Assembly: GCA_016873735.1 (NCBI GenBank)
Contig: VGWD01000004.1
Coordinates: forward strand, 29,798 to 93,797
Origin: Ignavibacteria bacterium
GTDB taxonomy: Bacteria; Bacteroidota; Ignavibacteria; Kapaibacteriales; UBA961
Direction of reading: 5' to 3'
DNA length: 64,000 nt
Shown: piece after piece, positions 28,544 through 39,396 of the stretch
Layout: every line of letters starts with the position of its first letter
How positions within the stretch are numbered: position 1 is the first letter of the stretch
Program-made: the position numbers and the translations under genes
The notes under the pieces: generated by a model
Seen by the model: the letters and a program-made list of their open reading frames with translations, nothing else
Databases searched by the model: none
What the model was told of the DNA's origin: nothing

Positions 28544-30097
28544 TTAACGTATGATGAGTTTATGTACGCTTAATACTCCGGATTGATCAATTGATTTAAC
28601 TGTGTACAATCCTGCCGGCAAATTGGAAAGTGTAATTGTCTGCTCTTGTGACTCGATAACTTTTTGACCACTGACAGCAAAGATTTCTACGTTCTTTACT
28701 GGATCACTGAAGTTTAATGTGCCACCATGTTGTATCGGATTAGGATAGAGCGCAACACTTGATGTATTTTCATTGATTCCTGTTGTTGTACCGGAAAAAT
28801 AGATGTTGTCAACAAATGCGATACCTGATCCAAAAGGTGTTGATGTAAAGATCAATTGACTCAAATCCTTCAAACTCTTCAATCCTGCATCTGTAAAATC
28901 CTTTAATGGAATTGCGATGCTGTTCCATTGATTTGCAATAAGATTAGCGTTAATATTGGCTTCTGAATCACCATTTGCTCCACCAAATCCGTCACCCATA
29001 AAGCTTACAAGCTTCACATTAAACACCGTGATATTTGGGGACCATACATCCATATGCATGGTTGTCATGGCGGATGCATCAACTGGTTTTTTTACTGTTT
29101 CTATGCCATTAAAGCCAAGATTAGTGTATTTCAATGTAGCATTGCCTTTGATGGTAGTAGCTTCAAATGTTGCTTGGCTCCAATCTGTTCTCCATGTATC
29201 CACTTCAACATTTGTATATGCATCACTGTACATTGAAAGTACAGTAGTTGCTGTTGGAGTTGGAGCAGGATTTTCAGGAGATGCATAGAAATAAGAAATT
29301 GTATATGTAGCAGTTGTTGTTCCATTACCTGCTGTTACCAATACAGTAGCATCGCCGGGAACTGCTGTTGCTTGTGTTATTTTAGTAATAGTTGCATTGG
29401 CATCATTCGTTGTTGCAAGCGTGATTTGAGGTACAGCTCCTCCGCCTGGAACACCATAAGAATATTTTAATGCACTTGGCGCAAATCCAGGAATTTGATT
29501 TCCATCTACTTTTAACTCTTTCAGTGTGGCATCTTCACCGGAAGCTGCCGGCTTTTTCCAGAAATAGATATTATCTAGATAAATGTCTGAAGGAGATACA
29601 CCTGCCTGACCATCAAACTTCAATTGAATAACTGATTTCCATGACATTCCTGTAAAAGCAGATTTTGGCAAATCAACACTGCTCCATTCTCCGGCTTTCA
29701 ACATAACATCAACCAATACTTCGCCAGGTCCATTACCGCTATTGTCGATTGGTGTGAATTTTAAAACTGTGGCATTGTTTGTCCAAACATCAATATGTAC
29801 AAACTCCATTTCTGATGCATTCTGAGCATTCCCTTCAAATCCTGTTCCTTGATAATTGAAATTGGTATATGCCATTGCCACATCACCCGTACCGGGATCA
29901 TAAGCAGGATTTACAGCTCCAGATTGACCCCAATTGGGATTAAAATTTACGCCGGTTATACCTGCATATGCACCACCATAAATTGAGATGACATCTGCAG
30001 CATTTCTGGTTGGAGGGGTTGGCGGGCTGTTTTTTGGCTGGGCATTAAGACAAACAATATTCAAAAACAAGCTGATAAGAAGTACGGTATGTTTCAT
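28544..30097 (-). CDS. T9SS-secreted putative glycan-binding protein (2 CBM-like repeats plus cadherin-like beta-sandwich)
   Basis: Start MKHTV; two repeats VIS.Y..AY..W.Q..Y.N...G..H.DVW..W.S..IP...F...Q..F...(Y/F).DNIYF; DATLKELKVDG..F.P....Y; CTD LYPNP..LPAGLY; no catalytic motif. Confidence 0.75.
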   Translation of the reverse strand: MKHTVLLISLFLNIVCLNAQPKNSPPTPPTRNAADVISIYGGAYAGITGVNFNPNWGQSGAVNPAYDPGTGDVAMAYTNFNYQGTGFEGNAQNASEMEFVHIDVWTNNATVLKFTPIDNSGNGPGEVLVDVMLKAGEWSSVDLPKSAFTGMSWKSVIQLKFDGQAGVSPSDIYLDNIYFWKKPAASGEDATLKELKVDGNQIPGFAPSALKYSYGVPGGGAVPQITLATTNDANATITKITQATAVPGDATVLVTAGNGTTTATYTISYFYASPENPAPTPTATTVLSMYSDAYTNVEVDTWRTDWSQATFEATTIKGNATLKYTNLGFNGIETVKKPVDASAMTTMHMDVWSPNITVFNVKLVSFMGDGFGGANGDSEANINANLIANQWNSIAIPLKDFTDAGLKSLKDLSQLIFTSTPFGSGIAFVDNIYFSGTTTGINENTSSVALYPNPIQHGGTLNFSDPVKNVEIFAVSGQKVIESQEQTITLSNLPAGLYTVKSIDQSGVLSVHKLIIR

Positions 30098-30142
30098 AAT
30101 GATAATTTGAATGAGTGAAAAAACACAGAACAATAATATTTA

Positions 30143-30150
30143 CAAATATA
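30143..30150 (-). promoter_or_regulatory. Sigma70 -7 element TATATTTG upstream of the glycan-binding protein gene
   Basis: Exact TAnnTTTG, overlapping a 12-bp palindrome at 30149-30160. Confidence 0.5.
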
Positions 30151-30190
30151 GATATATCTACATATATAGAGATATTCCGTTAATATTTTG

Positions 30191-31621
30191 TTAAAGCTCA
30201 CCTCGCCTTTTTACGAGTTCTGCTTTTATATTGCGGGCTTTTTCTTCATTCAAATCATAATTCCACATAACGATTATCGCTAATCCTGCAGTCAAAGACG
30301 GGATAATGATGTCTGCTAACCGTAAATTGACAATTGTTTCAGGGGTTTGGATAGCAGCTCCGCCTTCAAATCCTATTACTTTCAACACCAAACCACCCAA
30401 TACCAAAGCCAAACCTTGACCTAGTTTTACCATCCACCAATAAATTGCCCCGAATGTGCCCTCTTTTCTGGGCATACCATTATGTAATTCATCTAGGTCG
30501 CAGACATCAGCTGTCATAGACATCATCAGGGTGAACAGTCCTCCAAGACCAAAGGAGAGAAATGGTATAGGTAAGAACATCAGCCATAGATTATCAGGAT
30601 TGAATCCCCACCATTTGAGAACATATCCAATAATAGATATTCCAGTCGAAAGTATAAATGCTGTTCGTTTTCCCCATTTATGGGACATCCACGTAATGAT
30701 AGGTATAATCAAAAAGGCCGTTGCCATTGCCCCAATAGTTGAAAACCAAGCAGGCCAATTGCCCGCATTTTCAAAACTTCCATTGAATAAATAATAGACG
30801 ATGATGAAGAAGCTAAATGAAGCAACCATTTGAAATCCATTAAACACAAGAAAGGTTGCCATGCATAATTTCACGAATGGAACATTCTTAAAAATCAATT
30901 TCATATTGGTCCACAACCCTTTCATGTTTCGTATGAGATTCCGTAGGGTAATGGTATCACGATTCGTTATGGCATCTTGATTTATTTCGCGACAGAATAT
31001 TGCAGGTATAATACCAAGAATCAAGCAAGATAGACCAACCCAAATCGACAGATTTCTGACAGCAATAGCCTGATTTGAATATAGATCCGGATCAGCAATC
31101 ATCACCCAGAGCCAAGGCACTATCATCCAAGCAAGTTGGCTAATTGTTTGAGAGAAACCCATGAGTCTTGTTCGCTCTTTATAATCGGAAGTCATCTCAT
31201 ATCCCAATCCAATCAAAGGTGTAGAATAGATTGTGTTACCTGTTAAAAAGAGCAAAGAGAAAACCATGAAGTACCAAAAGTTATAGGATTGGGAATTATC
31301 TGCATATAACTGCCATAAACAGGCAAACAATAACCCGCTTGTGATTGCTCCGATAAAGATATATGGTCGCCTTCTTCCCCATCTTGAGGTTGTATTATCT
31401 GAGATATATCCCATGATGGGATCTGTTATAGCATCATATATTCTGGGTATACCACCTAAAAGCCCTGCCAAAAATGGATCCATTCCAAAAGTGGTCATTA
31501 AGAAAAAGGAAAAGACACCCAAGGCGCCGGGAAACAAATTGTTGACCAAATGTCCGGAACCAAATGCTGCCTTTTGAATGATTGGGATACGAGTCAATTT
31601 TTGTACTTCTGTCATGATCAC
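30191..31621 (-). CDS. MFS sugar transporter, GPH (MelB-like) family
   Basis: About 12 hydrophobic segments; DAITDPIMGYISDNTTSRWGRRRPYI; EMTSDYKERTRL; MTADVCD..RKEG. Confidence 0.92.
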   Translation of the reverse strand: MIMTEVQKLTRIPIIQKAAFGSGHLVNNLFPGALGVFSFFLMTTFGMDPFLAGLLGGIPRIYDAITDPIMGYISDNTTSRWGRRRPYIFIGAITSGLLFACLWQLYADNSQSYNFWYFMVFSLLFLTGNTIYSTPLIGLGYEMTSDYKERTRLMGFSQTISQLAWMIVPWLWVMIADPDLYSNQAIAVRNLSIWVGLSCLILGIIPAIFCREINQDAITNRDTITLRNLIRNMKGLWTNMKLIFKNVPFVKLCMATFLVFNGFQMVASFSFFIIVYYLFNGSFENAGNWPAWFSTIGAMATAFLIIPIITWMSHKWGKRTAFILSTGISIIGYVLKWWGFNPDNLWLMFLPIPFLSFGLGGLFTLMMSMTADVCDLDELHNGMPRKEGTFGAIYWWMVKLGQGLALVLGGLVLKVIGFEGGAAIQTPETIVNLRLADIIIPSLTAGLAIIVMWNYDLNEEKARNIKAELVKRRGEL

Positions 31622-31623
31622 TC

Positions 31624-33144
31624 TTAAGGATGGGTAAAGAGAATTGTTTGTAAGGCTTGTTTGCTGATATCCACATATACAGTTGTAGAATTCACTGACA
31701 CTTGGAGCGAATGTTCCGAATTCGATGGATTGAATGCAATCACTACAATGGATCCATCAGGATTTTCTGCAGCCACAACCATGATATCTTTATTGGAGCA
31801 AGTATTTTTAATGATATAAGAACCGGGTCTTATATACTTGCTAAAATGCGACATGATATAATACAGTGGGGTAAAATATACCTCATCTTTTTTTGTATCA
31901 ACAATCACCGGCGCGATACACCAATTCTTGAACCAATTTGGTCCGCCATGCGTATCAAGAACCATATTCCAATCTATCCAGCCATGCACATTGTTTTGCA
32001 AACAACCAATGATATCTCGAGCATATCTATATGCAGGTACATATTTTGGATGCAGATGCTTTTGATCTGCCGGCGCCCAATCCCAACCCCAATCTGTTGC
32101 TTCTTCTCTCCAATACCAAGCATCATCATTCCAATGTGGAACTTCGGCATCAATACATGCCTCTGTTTGTATCAGATATTTAGTGGGTGCTTTTGCAATT
32201 GCATACTGCAATTCTTCCGGAAAATACTCAACCGTGCTTTCATACCAATGAATAGCGGTACCAGCAAAGTATTTGGATGATGAAGCATTTTTGTACATCA
32301 CATCCACCCAGTCTTTGAGTCCTGCTCTATTCTGATCATATCCTAGAATATTGACATGACCTAATCCTTCAGCTTCCAGTGTAGGGCCAAGTTGATATTG
32401 AACAAAGTCAGTCATTTCCTGAGGAGTGAATAGCATGCTTTCCCAATTATTTCCATTACCATGTGGTTCATTGATGACAGTTATTCCCCAAATAGGAATT
32501 CCATTTTCTTCACATGCTTTGATATACTTTGCATAATACAATGCCCATGTGCTTTTGTATTGATCTAACAGCTTTCCTCCAACCCAATCATTATTATCTT
32601 TCATCCAAGGTGGGGCAGTCCAAGGAGAGGAAATCAATCTAAAACCATCGGAAGATATCTTTTGAGCGGATTTTATCATTGGAAATACATCATCAATATC
32701 CTTTTTCAATGAAAAATGTTCAAGTAAAGTATCATTTGGTACCATTGCATATGCATAATGTCCAAGCGAGAAGTCACATGAATTGATATGCGTTCTTGTG
32801 AGTGAATATCTAGCACCTTCATCTGAAAAGTATGCTCTCATTATTCTTTCTCTTTGCGTTTCACTCATTGATTTCAACAATGAAGCAGATGCTTCCGTGA
32901 ATGATCCACCAAAACCAAGAATGTTTTGAAATCTCTTCTGTGGGTTAATGCTGATTGAAACATCGTGAGATTTCTGAGATGATTGTGCAATATTTCTCAA
33001 TGCATTGCCGGATGCAGATGTTTCAAAAATGTGCACAATGTATTTTGAATTTGTATTTGCACACATTGACATTGAAATAGGGTAAATAAAGTAGATAATT
33101 ACAAGAGGGACAATTCTACACAGAGATATAATTGGAGCTTTCAT
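31624..33144 (-). CDS. Glycoside hydrolase family 30 (GH30_1-like beta-glucosidase/beta-1,6-glucanase)
   Basis: QNILGFGGSFT, RTHINSCDFS, SPWTAPPWMK, acid/base INEP, nucleophile QTEAC, WIDWNMVLD.GGPN, HFSKYIRPG. Confidence 0.92.
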   Translation of the reverse strand: MKAPIISLCRIVPLVIIYFIYPISMSMCANTNSKYIVHIFETSASGNALRNIAQSSQKSHDVSISINPQKRFQNILGFGGSFTEASASLLKSMSETQRERIMRAYFSDEGARYSLTRTHINSCDFSLGHYAYAMVPNDTLLEHFSLKKDIDDVFPMIKSAQKISSDGFRLISSPWTAPPWMKDNNDWVGGKLLDQYKSTWALYYAKYIKACEENGIPIWGITVINEPHGNGNNWESMLFTPQEMTDFVQYQLGPTLEAEGLGHVNILGYDQNRAGLKDWVDVMYKNASSSKYFAGTAIHWYESTVEYFPEELQYAIAKAPTKYLIQTEACIDAEVPHWNDDAWYWREEATDWGWDWAPADQKHLHPKYVPAYRYARDIIGCLQNNVHGWIDWNMVLDTHGGPNWFKNWCIAPVIVDTKKDEVYFTPLYYIMSHFSKYIRPGSYIIKNTCSNKDIMVVAAENPDGSIVVIAFNPSNSEHSLQVSVNSTTVYVDISKQALQTILFTHP

Positions 33145-36100
33145 TCACTTATACCCGATGAATCTATTGTCACATGTACTAGCCTGATCTGACCATCTCT
33201 GGAAAAAATGCTCTTGCTTTGAGTAATGTTCAAAAACATATGTTTTGATACTTCAATCGAATCATCGTACATGACAATCTTGACTTCATTTCTTTTACCA
33301 AACGAATATATAATTGGAGTTTGACAAATGGTGAAGAATAGGGAACCGGATGAAATCTGTACTCTTCTTTGTACACCATGAACATCCGTACACATGATAT
33401 CTTGATCTGAATTGACAACATCATTCTCAGTAATCATGCTTGGTACAAAATGTATAGATCCATTTGAATAGTATACTCCCAATTCTCTCATCCTGCAAAT
33501 CACATCTTCTTTCACTTGCCCTGTCATACCTGGTTGTTGCGCGCCTTTTCCTAATGGTGTATGAGAATATGGATCAGTCGGAAATGCTCCATAATTCAAT
33601 GGAGACTTATGAACACCGATGCCTTCACATATTTGAACATAATGATGTCGAAGTCTATAAATGACTTCTCTGTTCGCATTATCAGCAATTGCTGCTGCAT
33701 GAATTTCTTGTACAGCATATCTCAACTTAGAAACCATATGCCAATAAATCGAACCTATTCCTTCATAAGCAAAGAATGCTCCGGATCTCCCAGTAAATTG
33801 TTTGTGATGAAACACAGATTCATACAATTCTATAAGATACATTTCTTCGGATCGTAAAAGCTGATGATACTGTTCCTCAAGGGCATACAAAGCTATTTGA
33901 AACTCTCGCACATTTGTCAATTCACCTGCAAAATGATATTCTCCATGTTTATCTTTTTGGATAATATCATCATTACCATTCACGAGTAATCTGAGCAATA
34001 AAGGTGAAGATTCAACTTTTTCTTTAGGGACACTATTCTTTTCTAAAAATTTCGGAAGTGTTTTTATCGGATATAGCATATAGCTCTGTTGATCTTCTCT
34101 GTATAATGTTCCATCTCTTAATGCGTCCAATACCTGCAAAGCTTCTTCGGGTGATATAACACCCGAACTCAATACTGCCACTTGTCCTTCAAGCATTTCC
34201 GGTAAATGTGTGATGATTGCCAAATCAGAATCCTGAGTCAACACATTATATGCTTGATACAAACCATCTTTTCTCTTATTGATTGCAATTGTTTCTCGAA
34301 GATGTTGTAAAACAGTATGTAGGAACTGTCTTAACTCATCAAATGTCAATACCGTCTTATTACATGAAAATGAATCTGAATATATATGATCACGATATGT
34401 ACTGGCATTATTACCAAGCATATCCATGATGATTTTTCTTGAGTGTTCTTTATTGATTGAATCTGTAATCCCATCTGAATTGAATATCGCAGACATAGAA
34501 ATGAAGTATTTATACAGTTCACTTGAGATTATACATTGCGTAGTAGTACTTTTTTGAAGCACCTCTTGGAAGAATTCTAAAAATCTATGTAGATAACACA
34601 GTGTGACCATTGACACACCATTTCCGACCAATGCATTGTTTGCATCATTCCATTCCGGTCTTTGCGTATTCATCCATATTCCACCACCCGGAACATAATT
34701 GGCAAGTCGAGCAAATATGGTGGCAAGCACTTTCTCAACGAAATGTACATGATGAATTTCTCCTTTCATGTTCTTTAGGAGTGCACCATCAGAACCAATC
34801 CTTTCAATTTCCTTTAAGATTTCAGCATGTTTAGCACCATCAAAGTCTATGGTACTTTTAGGGTTTTCAATGATATGTGTATATGATTTGATTGTATATG
34901 GAACATGTGCATATGCAAAGCCATCCATTTCGAGTAGAGCTTGTAATTTTTCTGGTTGTGTATCTCTCAATAATTCCAAAAGTTTTAAGAGATAGATGAT
35001 TTGATGATCTCCCCAGTATCCGATATAAGACCATGGATTATGATCTTCAATAGTTTCCCATTCAAATCCATGTTTTAAAACTCTATATGGATTATATCCA
35101 TCAAAAGTGGATGCATTCAAGAATTTACGAATCATCCCTTCAAGAAATAGTGGATATGAATGCGCCAATGCTTCCCAATTTTGAAAGATGTCACGCCAAT
35201 TCCCCTGATAGTCATACTTAAGAGAGCCATCCGGATTCTTAGTATTGATTGAGAATCTATTCCAGGGACGACTTGGGTCTCCATGTCTTCTACTAAAAGT
35301 CAATGGTAGATATTCCAAAGCGATTCTAGTGAAGTTTTGATTATTCACTCTTTCTACAAGTGCATGTAATTCATCAATGTCAAATGTATCTGCCAAACCT
35401 ATGAATGTATCATTCAAACTAGTACGCAAAGGATGGTTACAGTTATTTATATAGGATAGAAAGTCTTTTGTATTAATTGCATAATTATCTGGAAATACTC
35501 CACCGCGCATGGCATTGAAGAGAGCATTAGAATAATGTTTACTATCCGTCAGTTGATCGCCGGTGTGATGTATTCCATCAACGGACTGTACTTTTCTTTT
35601 TAGCTGAGCATTGCCCTGTTGAATGTCTTTTTCGATATGCTCAGTGATGTCTTTAATTCTGACAAGTATATCAATAATGTCTACTACTTGAGTCTGTGAT
35701 TGATGAACATCGGCAATACATTTCCATGAACATTGTTGTTGCTTTTCCACTTTTATTGAAGCCGAAACCAAATAAGCACCACGATCTCCTTTATTGTCAT
35801 GTTCGGTTTGTACTGTCAATCCATTTCGAAATGCATCCACTTGTTTTGTTGACAATAAAATAGTAGGATGATCAAATCCTACTGACCAAACTGTATTCGC
35901 AAATAATGCTTCACTTGGTTCTGCTCTATCGGTTATGCGAGCACTCAAAGCATATATTCCAAGACCCGTTTCTTGATGAAGCTCTGAATATTTATAGGCA
36001 TTGACAAGATTACTAAATGTGTTTTGCAGATCACATCCAACATCTGCGGGCATAATATCTTGCAATCCATCAAGAATTCTTACACATTGAGTCTGATCTG

Positions 36101-36584
36101 AATGATTATTCAAGGTGGAAGTCTTGATAAATCCAAAGGTATCGCTCATTGACCATTGATATGAAAAACTCATATGCACATCATGATTTATTTCCTCAAA
36201 GATTATGGAATTACCCATGGTATGTTTATACAGATTTCGTTCTATGGTGAATTGTTTACTTCGAATTGAAAACGGTTCCCAGTTATATCGTTCACCATGA
36301 AGCTCACCCTGAATGATTGTCTTGCTTCCCACATGCTCCGCTGAGTCTTTAATCTTATCTTCTGTATAATATGGGAATAGTGAATAGTCTGCATTTGTTC
36401 TACCTGCAGTCAAACCACCATTGCTAGCAATGAACATCCAATGATTTGAATCACTGACAATGCTCATAAAGAATGTAGGTATGTGATCTACATTCGAAAT
36501 TTTAAAATAAGTATCATCATCAATTTCGACTATTTCAAGACAGTCTTGGAAATCTTTGTCGATGTGTTTTATATATTCTTTCAC
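33141..36584 (-). CDS. Beta-1,3-glucan phosphorylase, GH149 family
   Basis: 1147 aa, no signal peptide; FSRRHGDPSRPWN, YQGNWRDIFQNWEAL, GYNPYR, IGYWGDHQIIY, RPEWNDANNAL, PTDPYSHTP..GAQQPGMTGQVKE; GTG start. Confidence 0.88.
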   Translation of the reverse strand: MKEYIKHIDKDFQDCLEIVEIDDDTYFKISNVDHIPTFFMSIVSDSNHWMFIASNGGLTAGRTNADYSLFPYYTEDKIKDSAEHVGSKTIIQGELHGERYNWEPFSIRSKQFTIERNLYKHTMGNSIIFEEINHDVHMSFSYQWSMSDTFGFIKTSTLNNHSDQTQCVRILDGLQDIMPADVGCDLQNTFSNLVNAYKYSELHQETGLGIYALSARITDRAEPSEALFANTVWSVGFDHPTILLSTKQVDAFRNGLTVQTEHDNKGDRGAYLVSASIKVEKQQQCSWKCIADVHQSQTQVVDIIDILVRIKDITEHIEKDIQQGNAQLKRKVQSVDGIHHTGDQLTDSKHYSNALFNAMRGGVFPDNYAINTKDFLSYINNCNHPLRTSLNDTFIGLADTFDIDELHALVERVNNQNFTRIALEYLPLTFSRRHGDPSRPWNRFSINTKNPDGSLKYDYQGNWRDIFQNWEALAHSYPLFLEGMIRKFLNASTFDGYNPYRVLKHGFEWETIEDHNPWSYIGYWGDHQIIYLLKLLELLRDTQPEKLQALLEMDGFAYAHVPYTIKSYTHIIENPKSTIDFDGAKHAEILKEIERIGSDGALLKNMKGEIHHVHFVEKVLATIFARLANYVPGGGIWMNTQRPEWNDANNALVGNGVSMVTLCYLHRFLEFFQEVLQKSTTTQCIISSELYKYFISMSAIFNSDGITDSINKEHSRKIIMDMLGNNASTYRDHIYSDSFSCNKTVLTFDELRQFLHTVLQHLRETIAINKRKDGLYQAYNVLTQDSDLAIITHLPEMLEGQVAVLSSGVISPEEALQVLDALRDGTLYREDQQSYMLYPIKTLPKFLEKNSVPKEKVESSPLLLRLLVNGNDDIIQKDKHGEYHFAGELTNVREFQIALYALEEQYHQLLRSEEMYLIELYESVFHHKQFTGRSGAFFAYEGIGSIYWHMVSKLRYAVQEIHAAAIADNANREVIYRLRHHYVQICEGIGVHKSPLNYGAFPTDPYSHTPLGKGAQQPGMTGQVKEDVICRMRELGVYYSNGSIHFVPSMITENDVVNSDQDIMCTDVHGVQRRVQISSGSLFFTICQTPIIYSFGKRNEVKIVMYDDSIEVSKHMFLNITQSKSIFSRDGQIRLVHVTIDSSGISE

Positions 36585-36627
36585 TTTTTTCTCTTATGCA
36601 GAAACTATTGGGATCCTTTGATCACTT

Positions 36628-37455
36628 TTAGGATTTCTTATATACCCTCACATAGTCTATGATCATTGATTGAGGGAATGGTGTTCCTGTTGTTGGATAA
36701 CCAACATAATTTCCACCAACAGCAACATTGAGAATGATGAAGAATGGTTTATTGAATACCCATTCTCCTGTTAGGTCACTTGGCTGGATTCTTTGATACA
36801 GAAAATCATCTATGAAAAAGTCTATATAGTCTTCACCCCATTCTATTGCATATAGATGAAAGTCCGTATCAAATCTTCCTGTCAGTAATCCAAATGCTTT
36901 TGTTTTTGCATTGCCACCGAAATAACCAGGACCATGAACAGTTGCATGTGTGACTGCTGGTTCTTGACCTCTTTGCTCCATGATGTCAATCTCACCACAT
37001 TGAGGCCAGCTCACTTCAGTAATATTATCACCTAATAACCAAAATGCAGGCCATATACCTGGTCCTGTCGGCGTTTTGATTCTTGCTTCAAATCTTCCGT
37101 ATGTTTGACTGAATAAACCTTGTGTTTTGATTCTTGCAGAAGTATAACCGGAACCTGAAAATGATTCCTTTCTGGCAGTAATCACAAGTTGACCTTCACC
37201 ATTCAATTGCACATTTGTGGGTCTGTTTGTATAATATTCAAGCTCGCTATTTCCCCAACCATTATTTCCTGTACCTATATCATAAGTCCATTTCAATTTG
37301 TCCGGTGAACTAGCTGCTGCACCTTCGAAATCATCACTCCATGTCAAGGTCCAAGCTCTCTCGGGAAGTGTTTGTACAGCCTGTTCTTCACATCCTGATA
37401 AAAGCATGCTCAAAGAGATCATTGTAATAGCGAAAACTGTATAAAGTATGTTCAT
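36628..37455 (-). CDS. GH16 endo-beta-1,3-glucanase (laminarinase), lipoprotein
   Basis: Lipobox LLSGC; WSDDF, GWGNSELEYY, YTSARI, GIWPAFWLLG, catalytic GEIDIME, ILNVAVGG, IDYVRVY. Confidence 0.95.
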   Translation of the reverse strand: MNILYTVFAITMISLSMLLSGCEEQAVQTLPERAWTLTWSDDFEGAAASSPDKLKWTYDIGTGNNGWGNSELEYYTNRPTNVQLNGEGQLVITARKESFSGSGYTSARIKTQGLFSQTYGRFEARIKTPTGPGIWPAFWLLGDNITEVSWPQCGEIDIMEQRGQEPAVTHATVHGPGYFGGNAKTKAFGLLTGRFDTDFHLYAIEWGEDYIDFFIDDFLYQRIQPSDLTGEWVFNKPFFIILNVAVGGNYVGYPTTGTPFPQSMIIDYVRVYKKS

Positions 37456-37499
37456 ATAAGTATGTTCTATAAATCAATGAATGGAACAGGTAACAGTAA

Positions 37500-39392
37500 T
37501 CATTTCCGGAATAAAATATTATCCAAATAGATATTTCCATTCCCAACAAATTTCAATTGGAATACATTATTCAATGCCACCGGTGTAAAAGCAGTTAATG
37601 GAATGTCAATGCTTTTCCAACCTGATCCTGTTGGCACTGCAAGCGTAAATGCTGTTTCAATTGGTCCGGGACTGATCAAAAACACTTCTAGTGAATTGGA
37701 GTTCGAGGAAAAGTAATCGAGATGAAGATAACCATACGAAGATACATTTTGATTTGAGCCGAATTGTATGCCCTGATAATTGAGTCCGGTATACAAAAGA
37801 GTTGAATTTCCATTGATCTTTGGTTGACTCACAACAGTTGTTTGACCCCAACTTGGTGACAGATTTGTACCATTTATATTTGTATATGAATCACTGAATA
37901 TGGAGATCACATCTCCTGCAGGATATGCAGGAATTGGTGCCGGTACGGTCGGTGTGGAAACAGTTTTATACATATACACATTGTCTATAAACAGATTTGA
38001 AACAGTTCCCGATAATACCAACTGCGATAAGTGTGCCTTGGTTGTCAGACCTGTAAAACTTGATAATGGTATATCCAGACTAATCCACTGATTTGATTTC
38101 AGAGTTGGAGCGGTAATTGTTATCTCATGGGAGACATCATCACCACCACCATAGACTGCATTCGCTCCAAAATCAACCAGCATCACTTTTATATTATTCG
38201 GATTTGTGGTTGGGTCTGGTGTCCATACGTCAATGTGGAAATGCGTCATTGCTGTTGCATTGATTTGATTGGCTGAGAATTCAATTCCAACAAAATTCAG
38301 ATTATAATATCGAATCACATCATCATTATTGATTTTAATAAATGAGTTATCAGTGGTGGAATATTGCCATCTGGTATTCCATGTATCAATCGGCACATTT
38401 GTATATGCATTGCTATACAATGAAATTACATTACCTGCTTCAACAGTGGGAACAGGTGCTTGATTTGTAGGTATTTGAGCCGTACCCTTTGCTGATAACT
38501 CCAATGATCCTTTTGCTTTAGTATCGCCAAGTTTTGCCGTAATGATGGAATTTCCTGAATCCAATACCTGAATAATCCCTTGATTAGATACAGTGGCAAT
38601 TGTGGTATTGGAAGATTTATATTCGAGATATGCCGGGGAAATTGCAATGGTTTGATTCACACCATTTGGGAGATTGACTATTGCTTGTGTACCTTCAATG
38701 CGAATGGTAGATCCCTTTTCTGCTGAAGGTATTTTCTTATCTTCTCCATTGTAGATGGATCCTGTGCAAATCCCTAAATCTGGAACATATTCGAATTGCA
38801 CTTCATCAATCCAAAAGGTATAGCCCTTTTCATTGATTGGTCCGGTCGAATAATAGAACAATCCTTTTTCTCCACTTAATTTCTGTGGATCAGGGATTGG
38901 GATGATCACTTTCTTCCAGTTCGTATTTACAGATAATCCATTCATTGCAACTTGATATGTTGATAAACCAAAATCATTACCAAAACCAAGCACATCAATT
39001 GTAGCTGATTGTGTTGCCTTTATATAAAATGTCAAAGCATTGAAACCTGATAAATCTCTACCTGTTCTGCTGAAATATGCACCTCCCGCATAGGCACCTT
39101 TCGGACTATTTGCATCCGGTACCTCATATTTCATTGAAGCTCTTGAATTATTATATGTTGTTTCATAGTCAACCTGAAATGCTTTTACATCGGATCCACC
39201 AAATGCTGCATAGATCAAGTCTCCCGTAAAATCATCCATGAATACTTTGCCATTCTCCGGAAATGTTGGTGCAGACAATCCATCTATACTTCTTTCATTG
39301 CAAGCAAGTAATGAACTGATGATGACAATAATTGATATGTTCAGAAAATGTCTGATAAGCGATATGTTCATATGTTTTGTACTGTATTTCAC
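37500..39392 (-). CDS. Surface glycan-binding lipoprotein (CBM-like, Big_2, 2 CBM-like repeats)
   Basis: Lipobox LLAC; RDLSGFNALTFYIKA..WKKVIIPI; Ig-like SSNTTIATVS.QG; two repeats homologous to those in 28544..30097; real start may be 39371. Confidence 0.75.
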   Translation of the reverse strand: MKYSTKHMNISLIRHFLNISIIVIISSLLACNERSIDGLSAPTFPENGKVFMDDFTGDLIYAAFGGSDVKAFQVDYETTYNNSRASMKYEVPDANSPKGAYAGGAYFSRTGRDLSGFNALTFYIKATQSATIDVLGFGNDFGLSTYQVAMNGLSVNTNWKKVIIPIPDPQKLSGEKGLFYYSTGPINEKGYTFWIDEVQFEYVPDLGICTGSIYNGEDKKIPSAEKGSTIRIEGTQAIVNLPNGVNQTIAISPAYLEYKSSNTTIATVSNQGIIQVLDSGNSIITAKLGDTKAKGSLELSAKGTAQIPTNQAPVPTVEAGNVISLYSNAYTNVPIDTWNTRWQYSTTDNSFIKINNDDVIRYYNLNFVGIEFSANQINATAMTHFHIDVWTPDPTTNPNNIKVMLVDFGANAVYGGGDDVSHEITITAPTLKSNQWISLDIPLSSFTGLTTKAHLSQLVLSGTVSNLFIDNVYMYKTVSTPTVPAPIPAYPAGDVISIFSDSYTNINGTNLSPSWGQTTVVSQPKINGNSTLLYTGLNYQGIQFGSNQNVSSYGYLHLDYFSSNSNSLEVFLISPGPIETAFTLAVPTGSGWKSIDIPLTAFTPVALNNVFQLKFVGNGNIYLDNILFRK

Positions 39393-39396
39393 AATC

